Below are positions 19,889-29,856 of a stretch of DNA of 64,000 nucleotides, piece by piece (position 1 is the stretch's first letter; each line of letters starts with the position of its first letter). This DNA is from Parcubacteria group bacterium (GTDB taxonomy: Bacteria; Patescibacteriota; Minisyncoccia; Moranbacterales; UBA9337). The stretch is from NCBI GenBank assembly GCA_041662245.1, contig JBAZSW010000006.1:10442-74441 (forward strand), in the 5' to 3' direction. The notes beneath the pieces are model-generated. The model was not told the origin of the DNA and did no database searches. It worked only from the letters and a program-made list of their open reading frames with translations. Position numbers and translations under genes: made by a program.

Positions 19889-20683
19889 TTATTTTAAATC
19901 TTCTTTTTTAATTATTACATATTCACCGGTAGTTAGCCTTACCTTAATAGTTTGCTCCAAGGGACTCAGTTCGATTACTTCACCTGTTCCTTTTTTGGTT
20001 TTAAGCGTACTTCCTACTTCAGGTAATCCCTTGAGCATTTCTCGATATTGCTCCGATTCATACGATAAACAGCACATTAATCTACCACAAATTCCCGATA
20101 TCCTATCCGATCCTCTTTGCGCCACATTTTGAACTTTTGCCATATCAGTTGAAATACTAGGAATTTCACCCAAAAATTTTACGCAACATAATTCTTTGCC
20201 ACAAATTCCGCATCCCCCCAAATTTCGAGCTTCGTCTCGAGAACCGATTTGTCTCATTCGCACCGAACGATGAAAAATTCGAGAAAGATTTTTTACCAAT
20301 TGACGAAAATCTATTCTTCCATCCGCAATAAAAGTAACAATAATTGTTCCCTTTCCTAAAGTCGTAAAAACATCGACAAATTTCATTTCCAATTCCATGC
20401 GCTTAGCTTCTTTTCGACAGATGTCCAAGATTTCTTTTCCTTTTTTTGAATTTTTTTCAAAATTTTTCAAATCTCTCTCTGTGGCTTCCCGCAAAATATT
20501 AAATATCTCTTCTTCATTTCCTTTTTTCTCCGATGAATCTAATAAATTTTTTATAGTTCCCAAAATATTTCCCGATTCATCCTCAACTATAACCTTATCT
20601 CCTTTTTTGAATTCGACGTTGCTCAAACACACTTTCAAATCTCCCCAACCGCACAAATTAACCAAATATTTAAACATAATCAA
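19889..20683 (-). CDS. PSP1 C-terminal domain protein (YaaT/RicT-like)
   Basis: 264 aa. Cys cluster 'CGGCGICGKELCC' and overall pattern reminiscent of the PSP1/YaaT family. Confidence 0.45.
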   Translation of the reverse strand: MIMFKYLVNLCGWGDLKVCLSNVEFKKGDKVIVEDESGNILGTIKNLLDSSEKKGNEEEIFNILREATERDLKNFEKNSKKGKEILDICRKEAKRMELEMKFVDVFTTLGKGTIIVTFIADGRIDFRQLVKNLSRIFHRSVRMRQIGSRDEARNLGGCGICGKELCCVKFLGEIPSISTDMAKVQNVAQRGSDRISGICGRLMCCLSYESEQYREMLKGLPEVGSTLKTKKGTGEVIELSPLEQTIKVRLTTGEYVIIKKEDLK

Positions 20684-20769
20684 ATAGTTTTAACAAAACA
20701 AATCACCCCTCTTATTCACATTATAGCACACTTAAAGACAAAGCTAAACGCATCGAAATTTGGTCTATT

Positions 20770-21351
20770 CTATAATTCAAAACGAGAAAACTCGCCTAAT
20801 TGAATATTTTCTCCAATTTTTCCAATTTTCTCAGTAACTAAATCCTTTATGGTGATATCTGGATTTTTTACAAAAGGTTGAGATGATAAGGAAACTTCCT
20901 CTCTAAATTTCTTCTCTTTACCCACCATTATTTTATCAGTGATTTCCTGAGATTTTCCTTCGTTTTTAAGTTGTTCTATCCAAATTGCTTTTTCTTTCTC
21001 AACAATTTCATCACTGACATCTTCTGGATTCAAGAACCTTGGATTCATTGCGCTGATATGCATTGCGATATCTCTAGCTAATTCCTTAAATTCTTCATTC
21101 CTTGCCACAAAATCTGTTTCGCAATAAAGTTTAATCATTGCGCAAATTTTATTATTAGAATGGGTATAAGAGCCAATCACTCCTTCCTTAGCTTCTCTAT
21201 CAGTTTTTTTTAGGGCTTTGGCTTGACCGTTTTTTCTTAAAATCTCTATAGCCTTAGCTTCATCACCTTGAGATTCATCTAGGGCTTTTTTTACATCTAC
21301 CATTCCTGCGCCTGTTTGTTCTCTTATTTTTTTTATTTGTTCTAAAGACAT
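20770..21351 (-). CDS. tsf: elongation factor Ts
   Basis: 'MSLEQIKKIREQTGAGMVDVKKALDES' UBA-like N-terminus typical of EF-Ts. Immediately downstream of rpsB. Confidence 0.85.
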   Translation of the reverse strand: MSLEQIKKIREQTGAGMVDVKKALDESQGDEAKAIEILRKNGQAKALKKTDREAKEGVIGSYTHSNNKICAMIKLYCETDFVARNEEFKELARDIAMHISAMNPRFLNPEDVSDEIVEKEKAIWIEQLKNEGKSQEITDKIMVGKEKKFREEVSLSSQPFVKNPDITIKDLVTEKIGKIGENIQLGEFSRFEL

Positions 21352-21369
21352 AATTTTAATCGCTAAATT

Positions 21370-22137
21370 TTATTTTAATATTGAACCGACTAAATATTCC
21401 ATTATAGTTTTTATTGAAGAAACTGCGTCATCATTAGCTGGAATCGGATAATCTATCGTATTTGGATTTACGTTAGTGTCCACGATGGCGATAACCGGAA
21501 TTTTGGCATTAAGCGCTTCTTTTAAAGCTATTTCATCAGTTTTAATATCAGAAATAAAGATAGCGGCGGGCAAATTTCTCATTTCTTTTAGTCCTCCCAT
21601 CTTCTTTTCTAATTTTTCCAATTCTTCAAATTTCTTAAGTTTTTCTAATTTAGTATATTTATCAAATCCTCCCGTTGCCATCTGCTCTTGGGATTCTTTC
21701 AAATATTGAGCTCTCTTTTTAATCACACCAAAGTTAGTAAAAGTTCCTCCTAACCATCTCTCGGTAACATGAGGCATATCGGAAGCAATCGCAGCGTTTT
21801 TTACGATAGTCTTAGCTTGTTTTTTTGTTCCTACAAATAGAATTTGTTTCTGTTCATCTTTTAATTTTTTAACAAATTCTATTGTTCGCCTTAGCTCCTC
21901 TTCTGTCTTTTGTAAATCAATTATGTTAATTCCTCTCTTGGCTCCAAAGATATATCTGTTCATTCTTGGATCCTTACAAGATTTATTGTGCCCAAAATGA
22001 ACACCGTTTTTTAGCATCTTGTCTAAACTTATTTCATTATCAGAAAAATCTAATTTGTATCTTTCTTCTAATGCATTAACTTTTTCGGAGTCTTTTTTTA
22101 CATCTTCTCCGGTAGATGTTTTTTCGATATCACTCAT
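21370..22137 (-). CDS. rpsB: 30S ribosomal protein S2
   Basis: 'MLKNGVHFGHNKSCKDPRMNRYIFGAKRGINIIDLQKT' is the conserved S2 N-terminal core. Confidence 0.9.
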   Translation of the reverse strand: MSDIEKTSTGEDVKKDSEKVNALEERYKLDFSDNEISLDKMLKNGVHFGHNKSCKDPRMNRYIFGAKRGINIIDLQKTEEELRRTIEFVKKLKDEQKQILFVGTKKQAKTIVKNAAIASDMPHVTERWLGGTFTNFGVIKKRAQYLKESQEQMATGGFDKYTKLEKLKKFEELEKLEKKMGGLKEMRNLPAAIFISDIKTDEIALKEALNAKIPVIAIVDTNVNPNTIDYPIPANDDAVSSIKTIMEYLVGSILK

Positions 22138-22414
22138 TTTTTCCTTTTTTATTAAATTAATTAATCCTCTGCTTTTTCTGTTTTTAGCTCATAATCTCAA
22201 AAAATTGAGACAGGAACGAGCCCAGTAAAAAAGCATGTTTTTATGACATTATTTGACATCAAATTCAAAAATTTCATGCCAACTAAGCACATAAGATAGT
22301 ATATCAAAATCGACGCACTTGTCAATTATTTTTTTCTATGCTAGTATTCCCTTTGTACTATCAAAGATAAATTTATTCATGTTCGAGCTATTGGGCAGAG
22401 AACTAACAAAAAAT

Positions 22415-22708
22415 ATGAAAAAAGACATTCATCCAAAATATTATCCAGCAACAACTATCAAATGCGCTTGTGGCGCGATTTTAGAAACAGGAGCCACTAA
22501 AGAGAATATTGAAGTGGAAATTTGCTCTCAATGTCATCCTTACTTTACAGGAGACAAAAAGGTAGTTGACACAGCTGGTCGAGTAGAAAGATTCAAGAAA
22601 TTAGCTGAAGCCTCCGCTAAACTTAAAAGTGCTAAAAAGGCCAAAAAAGAAACTAAGCTAGCTAAAGAAAAGAAAACTTCGCCCAAAAAAGTTACTAAGA
22701 AAAAATAA
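22415..22708 (+). CDS. rpmE: 50S ribosomal protein L31 with a Lys-rich C-terminal extension
   Basis: '[10 protein letters not shown]...CACG...[10 protein letters not shown]' is the L31 zinc ribbon. The true start is ATG at 22415; the track's upstream start (22319) adds a non-conserved hydrophobic leader. C-terminal ~35 aa are K/A-rich. Confidence 0.85.
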   Translation: MKKDIHPKYYPATTIKCACGAILETGATKENIEVEICSQCHPYFTGDKKVVDTAGRVERFKKLAEASAKLKSAKKAKKETKLAKEKKTSPKKVTKKK

Positions 22709-22727
22709 CAACATTCTTTCAATAAAA

Positions 22728-22760
22728 AACCGCCAAATATTTTTTTAGGCGGTTTTTATA
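22728..22760. terminator. bidirectional rho-independent terminator between rpmE (+) and gpmI (-)
   Basis: aaaaccgcc-aaatattttttta-ggcggtttt hairpin with T-runs on both sides. Confidence 0.55.
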
Positions 22761-22769
22761 TTGTTATTT

Positions 22770-24329
22770 TTAGTTCAATAATGAATCACACGTCATTTCT
22801 TTAGGTTTTTTTAAATCCATAATTTCTAAAATTGTCGGGGCAATATTGCCCAATTTCCCCCCCAGCTTCAGTTCCCTATTTTTAAATTTATCTCCCAAAA
22901 CAGAAAAAATAACTTTATTTTTAGTATGAAAGGTATTAGGGAATTCTTTGCCATCGATTATATCAATCATATTATCCGCATTGCCATGATCAGCTGTAAC
23001 AATTAGACTCCCCTTTCTTTTGTTAATTTCTTCCCAAAGCATTGCTAATTTTTTATCCACAAATTCCACTGCTTGTACAGTGGCCTTTATATCTCCCGTA
23101 TGTCCTACCATATCAGCATTGGCAAAATTAATAGCATAAAAATCATACTGTGAATTTCTCATCTTTCCCAAAACAAAATTGGTAATTTTTTCGGCTGACA
23201 TTTCAGGTGCTTTAGCATAAGAACCCACCGCTAAGGATGGCACCATTAATCTGTCTTCGCCATTTATACTATCAGCATAACCCCCGTTAAAAAAATAAGT
23301 GATATGCGCATATTTTTCTCCTTCGGCAATATAAAATTGTTTTTTATTTTCAAGAGCTATTGGCAAAGAATTTTTTAGAGAGCTACTCATAAAAGCGGTA
23401 TGCACATCCATATCTGGACCGAAATCCCCCATCGAAACAAAATACAAAGATTCTATTTTCTCTGCTTGAGGGAGCTTATCATTTTTTTTTATTTCAGGGC
23501 TGACTTCTACAAATAGTTTAGTAAATTGTCTTGCCCTATCAGATCTAAAATTAAAAAAAATTAAACTATCATTTTTATCTAATCTAGCTACGGGCAAGTT
23601 GTTCTTTAAAATAACTGTCGGCAAAATATTTTCATCTGTTTCTCCTCTCTTGTAAGCTTTTTTAATTGCTTCTTCAGGAGAATCAGCGACTTCTCCTTTA
23701 GAAAAAGCCAAAGCATTGTAAGCCTTTAATAATCTATCCCAATTTTTAGCTCTGTCCATCGCCCAAAATCTACCACTAATTGAAGCAACTCTTCCAATTC
23801 CTTCACTTTTAATAATTTCTTTGTATTTTTCCAATAAATCTAATGCGCATTTTGGATAAGAATCCCGTCCATCTGTAAAAAAATGACAATAAACTTCTCG
23901 GATGCCATTTTTTTTCGCCAATCGCAAAAGCATTTTAAAATGGTTAGGGTTGCTATGCTGACTATCGGTAGTACTCATCAAACCCATAAGATGAAATTTA
24001 CTTCCTTTGATTCTACAATTTTTTATAGCATCTACCAAGACAGGATTGATAAAGAATTCCCCACTTTCAATTTCTCTATCTATTATATAAGATTCCTGAA
24101 TAACCACTCTTCCTCCACCAATATTAATATGACCCGCCTCAGAACCACTCATTTGATTTTCATTTAATCCTACGGCTTTTCCTGTAGCGTCTAATAAAGT
24201 AAAAGGAAATTTTTCTTTTAACCCATCCATAAAAGGAGTTCTCGCCAAAGAAATAGCGTTAGCTCTATTTTTTGGAGCCTCCCCCCAACCATCTAAAATC
24301 ACTAAGACTGTCGGTTTTTTATTTTGCAT
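22770..24329 (-). CDS. gpmI: 2,3-bisphosphoglycerate-independent phosphoglycerate mutase
   Basis: 519 aa. 'VLVILDGWGEAP' N-terminus and metalloenzyme core typical of iPGM. Confidence 0.9.
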   Translation of the reverse strand: MQNKKPTVLVILDGWGEAPKNRANAISLARTPFMDGLKEKFPFTLLDATGKAVGLNENQMSGSEAGHINIGGGRVVIQESYIIDREIESGEFFINPVLVDAIKNCRIKGSKFHLMGLMSTTDSQHSNPNHFKMLLRLAKKNGIREVYCHFFTDGRDSYPKCALDLLEKYKEIIKSEGIGRVASISGRFWAMDRAKNWDRLLKAYNALAFSKGEVADSPEEAIKKAYKRGETDENILPTVILKNNLPVARLDKNDSLIFFNFRSDRARQFTKLFVEVSPEIKKNDKLPQAEKIESLYFVSMGDFGPDMDVHTAFMSSSLKNSLPIALENKKQFYIAEGEKYAHITYFFNGGYADSINGEDRLMVPSLAVGSYAKAPEMSAEKITNFVLGKMRNSQYDFYAINFANADMVGHTGDIKATVQAVEFVDKKLAMLWEEINKRKGSLIVTADHGNADNMIDIIDGKEFPNTFHTKNKVIFSVLGDKFKNRELKLGGKLGNIAPTILEIMDLKKPKEMTCDSLLN

Positions 24330-24390
24330 ATTTATTTTAGGAAGTTACGAATATGAGAATTTAGGAATTTGAGATTTGTCGCCTAAAAAA

Positions 24391-25647
24391 CTAACTTAGT
24401 TGTTCATTAATCCTCAGCATTCGATTGTATTTACAAATTCTTTCTCCACGGGAAAGAGAGCCTGTTTTAATAAAATCCGCATTTGTTCCAACGGCTAAAT
24501 CAGCAATAAAATCATCCGTAGTTTCCCCACTTCGATGAGATATTACTATTCTCATATTATTTTTTTTGGCCAAGTTTATACAATCAATTGTTTCACTCAG
24601 TGTTCCAATTTGGTTTACTTTAATAAGAACACTATTGCAAGCTTCTTCTATTATTGCCCTTTCTAGTCTTTTTACATTAGTAACCAACAAATCGTCTCCA
24701 ATAGTCATCACCTCTTTCCCGATTTTTTCATTCATCATTTTCCAACCAGCCCAATCTTCTTCGGCCAATCCATCTTCCACTGACATAATGTTATATTTAC
24801 TAATCCAATCCTTATAAAGATTTATCAAATTCTCTTTATTTAATTTTTCATTTTCTGGTTTTAAAAAATATACGTCCTCTCCAGATTCATAAAAAGAATT
24901 AGCTGCTGCATCTAAAGCCACAAAAATCTGCTTTCCTGGTGCGTACCCAGCTTCGACAATAGCCTGATTAATAATTTCCAAGGCCTGAGAATTACTTTCT
25001 AATCTAGGTGCAAAACCGCCCTCATCACCCACCGCCGTACTTTGTCCCAAAGAAGTTAAAATTTTCTTTAAGGCAAAAAATACTTCACTTCCTGCTCTTA
25101 GCTGTTCCGCATAGTCAGTAATCCCCAGAGGCACCAATTTAAACTCTTGGATACTTAAACCCGAATCAGAATGTTCTCCTCCATTTAAAATATTAAACAT
25201 TGGAATAGTTTTAAATCCATCCAATTTAAATCCAAAGGTATCCGCGATATATTGATATAGTTTTTTACCTTGAGCACCAGCAGTCGCCTTACACACCGCT
25301 AAAGATACACCTAAAATAGCATTAGCTCCCAAATTCGTCTTGTTTTCACTACCATCTAGTTCTAACATCTTAGCATCTATTTCTCTTTGGTTTTCACTTT
25401 CCATTCCTATTAAAACTTCTGCAATTCTTTCGTTAACGTTAGCCACAGCTTTTAAAACACCTTTTCCTCCGTAACGATTTTTGTCTTCATCTCTCAATTC
25501 CAATGCTTCATGCGATCCCGTTGACGCTCCCGAAGGAACAGCTGCGACACCCATGATTCCACCCTCCAAAGTCACTTCCACTTCAACTGTTGGATTGCCT
25601 CGAGAATCAAGAATCTCACGAGCATATATTTTTTCTATTTTTGACAT
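24391..25647 (-). CDS. eno: enolase
   Basis: 'MSKIEKIYAREILDSRGNPTVEVEV', 418 aa, enolase signature throughout. Confidence 0.95.
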   Translation of the reverse strand: MSKIEKIYAREILDSRGNPTVEVEVTLEGGIMGVAAVPSGASTGSHEALELRDEDKNRYGGKGVLKAVANVNERIAEVLIGMESENQREIDAKMLELDGSENKTNLGANAILGVSLAVCKATAGAQGKKLYQYIADTFGFKLDGFKTIPMFNILNGGEHSDSGLSIQEFKLVPLGITDYAEQLRAGSEVFFALKKILTSLGQSTAVGDEGGFAPRLESNSQALEIINQAIVEAGYAPGKQIFVALDAAANSFYESGEDVYFLKPENEKLNKENLINLYKDWISKYNIMSVEDGLAEEDWAGWKMMNEKIGKEVMTIGDDLLVTNVKRLERAIIEEACNSVLIKVNQIGTLSETIDCINLAKKNNMRIVISHRSGETTDDFIADLAVGTNADFIKTGSLSRGERICKYNRMLRINEQLS

Positions 25648-25877
25648 AATTGATTAGTTCTTTAGATAGTAGTTTTTAGCTTTTTAGTTTATCTAACGCA
25701 CAACAACTAACGGCTACCAACTACCCAACTAAGTAATTTACTATTTACATTTTAAATTATACTATTTTAAAAGATTGAGAACAAGTAACTTGAAGTAGCT
25801 AATAGTTGGTAACTCGTAACTAATAAAAAAATTTAGCAATAAATATCTTTTACTTTTTGTTATTTATTAATTTAAAA

Positions 25878-26105
25878 TTAGTGCAAGCCATCTATGTCTA
25901 CCATTTTAATCTTGGCGGATTTACCGCCTACAATCTTCACGAGACTTTTTGAAACATCAAAATATTTAGCTAAAACCTTTATTAACATAGCATTAGCTTC
26001 ACCATCAACTGGCGGAGCAGTTATTTTCACTCGATATTCATCTTTGTTTATTTCTTTAATTTCGTTTTTAGAAGATCGCGGGATAACTTTTACATAAATT
26101 CTCAT
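25878..26105 (-). CDS. DUF167/YggU family protein
   Basis: 75 aa. 'VKVIPRSSKNEI...ITAPPVDGEANAMLIKVLAK' is typical of UPF0235. Confidence 0.6.
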   Translation of the reverse strand: MRIYVKVIPRSSKNEIKEINKDEYRVKITAPPVDGEANAMLIKVLAKYFDVSKSLVKIVGGKSAKIKMVDIDGLH

Positions 26106-26962
26106 ATATTGCTATTATTTTTTAGTTTAAAATAATTAATTATTTTCGTAACCATATTTACGACAATAATTATCATTAAAAATAAATTCATTCCAATAAA
26201 AACATTTCTCACAATTTCATTTTTTAAATCTGTTCCCAAAAAAAATCCATGCACAATCACAACTCCATACAAAACAATATTTAAATAATGAGAGAATCGC
26301 CAAAGTTTATAAGAAGTAAATTTCCTAAAATAAGAATTGACGACCAATAGCACCATCAAATACATTCCTATTATTCCTAGAGCTACCTCATTAGTATACA
26401 ATTTACTTATAAAGGGAATCGTAACATCGTAAATGTTAAAATTTAAATATTTATCAAATAACAAAGCTCCCATATGAATAAAAACAAAAAATAGAGCCTG
26501 TACCGAAAGCCAAGTATGTACATTGAGAGAATTAATCGGTTTTATCAACTTATTTAAAAGAGGAGTTTTGATGCTAAGACCCAAAAACATTACCAAATAA
26601 AGCAATAAAAATGCTACTAATCCTGTGGCGCGAGTAACATACCAGCCCCAAGGAATCTCATTTTGAATAATATCATTGAAATTAACTATAGTCTTTGTTG
26701 CTACGGGAGAAGTATTATCTAGTGCATTAGTGTTTGATAGAATTTCTACACCATCATAAAACCCATCCATGTCTGAATCAGGAGCAAGGGGGTCAGTTTT
26801 AAAAATTTCTTTTTCTCCTTGATCAGTTAATCCATCCAAATCACCGTCTACAATTACAGCATCTTTGTAATCCAATTTAATATCATCGTATACGGCGTTA
26901 GCTATACTAAAAATAAAAAATAATCCACTAATCAACAAAATTTTCACACTTATTTTTTTCAT
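26102..26962 (-). CDS. membrane protein: signal peptide, dockerin/thrombospondin-type-3-like Asp repeats, ferric-reductase-like heme-binding TM domain
   Basis: 'DGDLDGLTDQ...DSDMDGFYDG' calcium-binding-type repeats followed by 6 TMs with paired His (HMGALLF, HGFFLG). Confidence 0.4.
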   Translation of the reverse strand: MKKISVKILLISGLFFIFSIANAVYDDIKLDYKDAVIVDGDLDGLTDQGEKEIFKTDPLAPDSDMDGFYDGVEILSNTNALDNTSPVATKTIVNFNDIIQNEIPWGWYVTRATGLVAFLLLYLVMFLGLSIKTPLLNKLIKPINSLNVHTWLSVQALFFVFIHMGALLFDKYLNFNIYDVTIPFISKLYTNEVALGIIGMYLMVLLVVNSYFRKFTSYKLWRFSHYLNIVLYGVVIVHGFFLGTDLKNEIVRNVFIGMNLFLMIIIVVNMVTKIINYFKLKNNSNI

Positions 26963-26965
26963 ATT

Positions 26966-27895
26966 TTATTCGAAAGTAATAAAATTAGACATAACCATAG
27001 TTTTATCTTTTTTTAAAAAAATACTTTTTATTTTGTTTTTATTGGCAAACTTGAATCCTTTTTCTATTCCCAACAAAAATAATACCTTTGCCATTACATC
27101 CGCCTCCAAAGTATTTTTGGCAATTACAGTAACTGATTTCAAATCAAAATCAAATTTATCCGAATTGATTGGGTTTATAAGATGATGAAATTTTTTACCA
27201 TCTATTTCCCAAAATTTTCTGGTATTTCCACTAGTTGCCACCGCTTCATCGGAAATCTCTATTAAAGTTTTATTTTCATTTCTGCTCTCTTCTAGCGCAA
27301 TCCCCCATTTTTCCTTGTTTTTGTTTTTCCCCTTAGCGTACATATCTCCACCCGAATCAACCAAAAAATTATCCCACCTTTGCAAAATCAAAAAATCAGC
27401 TATCCTATCCGTGATATATCCTTTAGCAATTCCTGAAAAATCCATTTTTTTCAAAAATTTAACTTCGTTATTTTTTATAATCAAATCATTCTTTAGATTT
27501 TTATCAAATAATTTCTTTTGAAATGATTTATTTTCTTCAAATTTATTTTGCCTAAAATCTCTTCTGTAGCCAATGGCCTCTAACTTTTCCAAAATTCTCA
27601 GATCAAAGATGCCTCTACTTTTATCATAATACTCCAACGATTTTTCTGCCAAATATACAATGTCGCGTGAAACTTGAACAAATTTACCTAAATTATAATT
27701 TATTTTAGAAAGCTCACTATCCTTATCGAATCGACTCAGTAACTTCTCTTGTCTTTTGTAAATATCAACAACTTTCAAAAAATCACGCTCAGCTTTATGA
27801 ATGTCAAATTCTTCACTTACTAATTGCAGATAAATATCAGTTCCTAATGCTTTAAATTCTTTTTCAAAAACATTTATTTTCATTTTATTTCTCAA
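26966..27895 (-). CDS. apbE: FAD:protein FMN transferase (ApbE family)
   Basis: 'DFSGIAKGYITDRIADFL' matches the ApbE conserved motif. 309 aa. Confidence 0.7.
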   Translation of the reverse strand: MRNKMKINVFEKEFKALGTDIYLQLVSEEFDIHKAERDFLKVVDIYKRQEKLLSRFDKDSELSKINYNLGKFVQVSRDIVYLAEKSLEYYDKSRGIFDLRILEKLEAIGYRRDFRQNKFEENKSFQKKLFDKNLKNDLIIKNNEVKFLKKMDFSGIAKGYITDRIADFLILQRWDNFLVDSGGDMYAKGKNKNKEKWGIALEESRNENKTLIEISDEAVATSGNTRKFWEIDGKKFHHLINPINSDKFDFDLKSVTVIAKNTLEADVMAKVLFLLGIEKGFKFANKNKIKSIFLKKDKTMVMSNFITFE

Positions 27896-28181
27896 ATTTA
27901 TCCACTATCCCATTTCTATTATCATCCGCCACTATATATATTTCCCCAATATTGGGATGAGGATCATCTTTATCGATAATTCCATCCCCATCACTGTCTC
28001 CTAAGATAATTGTTTCCACGTTTTTGCTTGTAGTAGTAACTGCGGATTGACTACTTTTTGGATTTTCATTCTCATCTTCATCTTCATCTTCGTCGTCTGC
28101 AGCCCTAAGTGCGAAGCCACTTGCCACAAATAATATTACAAGTAAAATTAAACCCCACCATTTTATTTTTTCTCTTTTCAT
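27885..28181 (-). CDS. small secreted protein with poly-acidic stretch and dockerin-like Asp repeats
   Basis: Signal peptide. 'DDEDEDEDENENP' and 'DSDGDGIIDKDDPHPN'. Confidence 0.35.
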   Translation of the reverse strand: MKREKIKWWGLILLVILFVASGFALRAADDEDEDEDENENPKSSQSAVTTTSKNVETIILGDSDGDGIIDKDDPHPNIGEIYIVADDNRNGIVDKFEK

Positions 28182-28201
28182 AAATTTTTCTTAAAAATAT
28201 T

Positions 28202-28510
28202 TTAAGATGTTTTAGTTTTTCGAGTTGGAGCAGAAACAGGAGCAACGGTTTTTGTAGTGGTAGTTATATTTTCCTGTTTAATATCTTTGGGAGAAGTATT
28301 TAAATCTCTTAACTTATTCTCTCTATCAGTAGCTATTTCGTTTTGAAGTTCCAAAATATCTGCGTTTACCGGCACAATATTTTCTTCGCTTTTATCTTGA
28401 AAAACAATTTTATTTTTATCTCTATCTTTTATTCCACAAATAATCAAGGCTACAATTAATAAATTGACCCCAAAAACAAATATTTTTTGACCATGTTTTT
28501 TTATTTCCAT
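28202..28510 (-). CDS. small membrane-anchored protein
   Basis: 102 aa with a single N-terminal TM. Confidence 0.3.
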   Translation of the reverse strand: MEIKKHGQKIFVFGVNLLIVALIICGIKDRDKNKIVFQDKSEENIVPVNADILELQNEIATDRENKLRDLNTSPKDIKQENITTTTKTVAPVSAPTRKTKTS

Positions 28511-28636
28511 GATATTTTAAATTAAAATTTGCTTATAAAATATTTTTTACTTGTTTGCTAAATCTTCTATGAAGAAGTTGTATGTAGAGATTGCCACGGA
28601 GCATCTCGCAATGACAGAAAATGAAAAAACATGATT

Positions 28637-29329
28637 TTATTTTATCTCATAAATAACATCTTTTTTTTCTACTATTATTTTCCATTTATTTTCTTGAGCA
28701 ATTTCCTTTAAATTATGATTAGGATTAAAGGCAATTGGATTTTCTACTAATTCTAAAAAGCTGGCATCCGATTCAGTGTCTCCCACCCCATAAGAATCTT
28801 TGAAAGTTAATTTGTTTTCATATACATATTGTTTAATAAATTGACCTTTATTTCTTACCGGTACAAATCCTTCCCTGCCTGTATAAATATTATTTTCATC
28901 TTGCTCATAAACACTGCCAAACACCTCGTCAAAATGCAAATGTAATTTATTGAATTCATTAACTATTTCAATAGGCGAACCACTCACGGCAATAATATGA
29001 TAATTTTTTTCTTTTAATTCCTCTATCAGATTCTCAGCAAAAACATAAGTTCTATCCTTATGAAAAGGCACCACTATTCTACTGGCATTTATAATATCTT
29101 CTTGTGAACAACCCTTTACATTTTTTTCATAAAGCCCAATTAGTGTTTTCCTATAATCTTCGTAAGTTCCCACGTGTTCGAGCCAATTGGTATAAGCTTT
29201 GTTTAATTCTTTCCTAACGTTTTGCGGAAAAACTTTGAGCCAAACTAATTCACTAATTAACTCAAAATGAAGATTTTTACGAAAGATTGTTCCATCTATA
29301 TCAAAGACGGCTAATTTATTTTTTATCAT
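28637..29329 (-). CDS. HAD superfamily hydrolase
   Basis: HAD motif I 'LAVFDIDGTIF'; 'GDTESD' motif IV-like. Confidence 0.7.
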   Translation of the reverse strand: MIKNKLAVFDIDGTIFRKNLHFELISELVWLKVFPQNVRKELNKAYTNWLEHVGTYEDYRKTLIGLYEKNVKGCSQEDIINASRIVVPFHKDRTYVFAENLIEELKEKNYHIIAVSGSPIEIVNEFNKLHLHFDEVFGSVYEQDENNIYTGREGFVPVRNKGQFIKQYVYENKLTFKDSYGVGDTESDASFLELVENPIAFNPNHNLKEIAQENKWKIIVEKKDVIYEIK

Positions 29330-29354
29330 ACGTTATTTGCAAAAACTCATTTAA

Positions 29355-29849
29355 TTAGTAAATTTTCTCTGTTAATTTATATCCTGCTACTCCCAATGCC
29401 ACCGCGACATTAAGAGATTGTTTTTTTCCTCGCATCGGTATTTCTATTAGATTATCACATTTATTAAGAATTCTTTTATCAATTCCCCTCGGCTCATTTC
29501 CCACAATCAGGGCCATCTTATCAACTCCTTTAAATTTTCTATAATCTACGCTTTTCCTGTCTTGTTCCAAAGCAATAATACAAAATTTTTCTTTTTTTAA
29601 TTTATCAATAACCTTACTCACACTAACTACTTTTTCCCAAGGCACATATTTATCCGCTCCCAATGCCGTCTTGGATAACATTTTCTCTGCCTTGGTTTGC
29701 ATCAGATATTCTTTTTTTGAAGGGGCTTGAGTAAATCCGGTAATAAATATTTTATCCACTCCGATTCCGTCCGCACTACGAAACATTGATCCTACATTAT
29801 ACGCGCTTCGAATACGATGTAAGATTAAATAAAATTTTTTTTCTTTCAT
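29355..29849 (-). CDS. SpoU/TrmH family RNA 2'-O-methyltransferase
   Basis: 164 aa. 'IALEQD...', 'LIVGNEPRGI', 'NVAVALGV' are SPOUT motifs. Confidence 0.7.
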   Translation of the reverse strand: MKEKKFYLILHRIRSAYNVGSMFRSADGIGVDKIFITGFTQAPSKKEYLMQTKAEKMLSKTALGADKYVPWEKVVSVSKVIDKLKKEKFCIIALEQDRKSVDYRKFKGVDKMALIVGNEPRGIDKRILNKCDNLIEIPMRGKKQSLNVAVALGVAGYKLTEKIY

Positions 29850-29856
29850 AATTCCT

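Noticed and set aside
22319-22414. Upstream extension of rpmE (track start at 22319)
   Set aside because: The extension encodes a hydrophobic non-conserved leader. The conserved L31 N-terminus MKKDIHPKY begins at the internal ATG 22415.
19402-24817. Short plus-strand ORFs inside tsf, rpsB, gpmI and eno (e.g., 19402-19665, 21476-21709, 23883-24167, 24566-24817)
   Set aside because: Antisense to highly conserved housekeeping genes; low-complexity translations.
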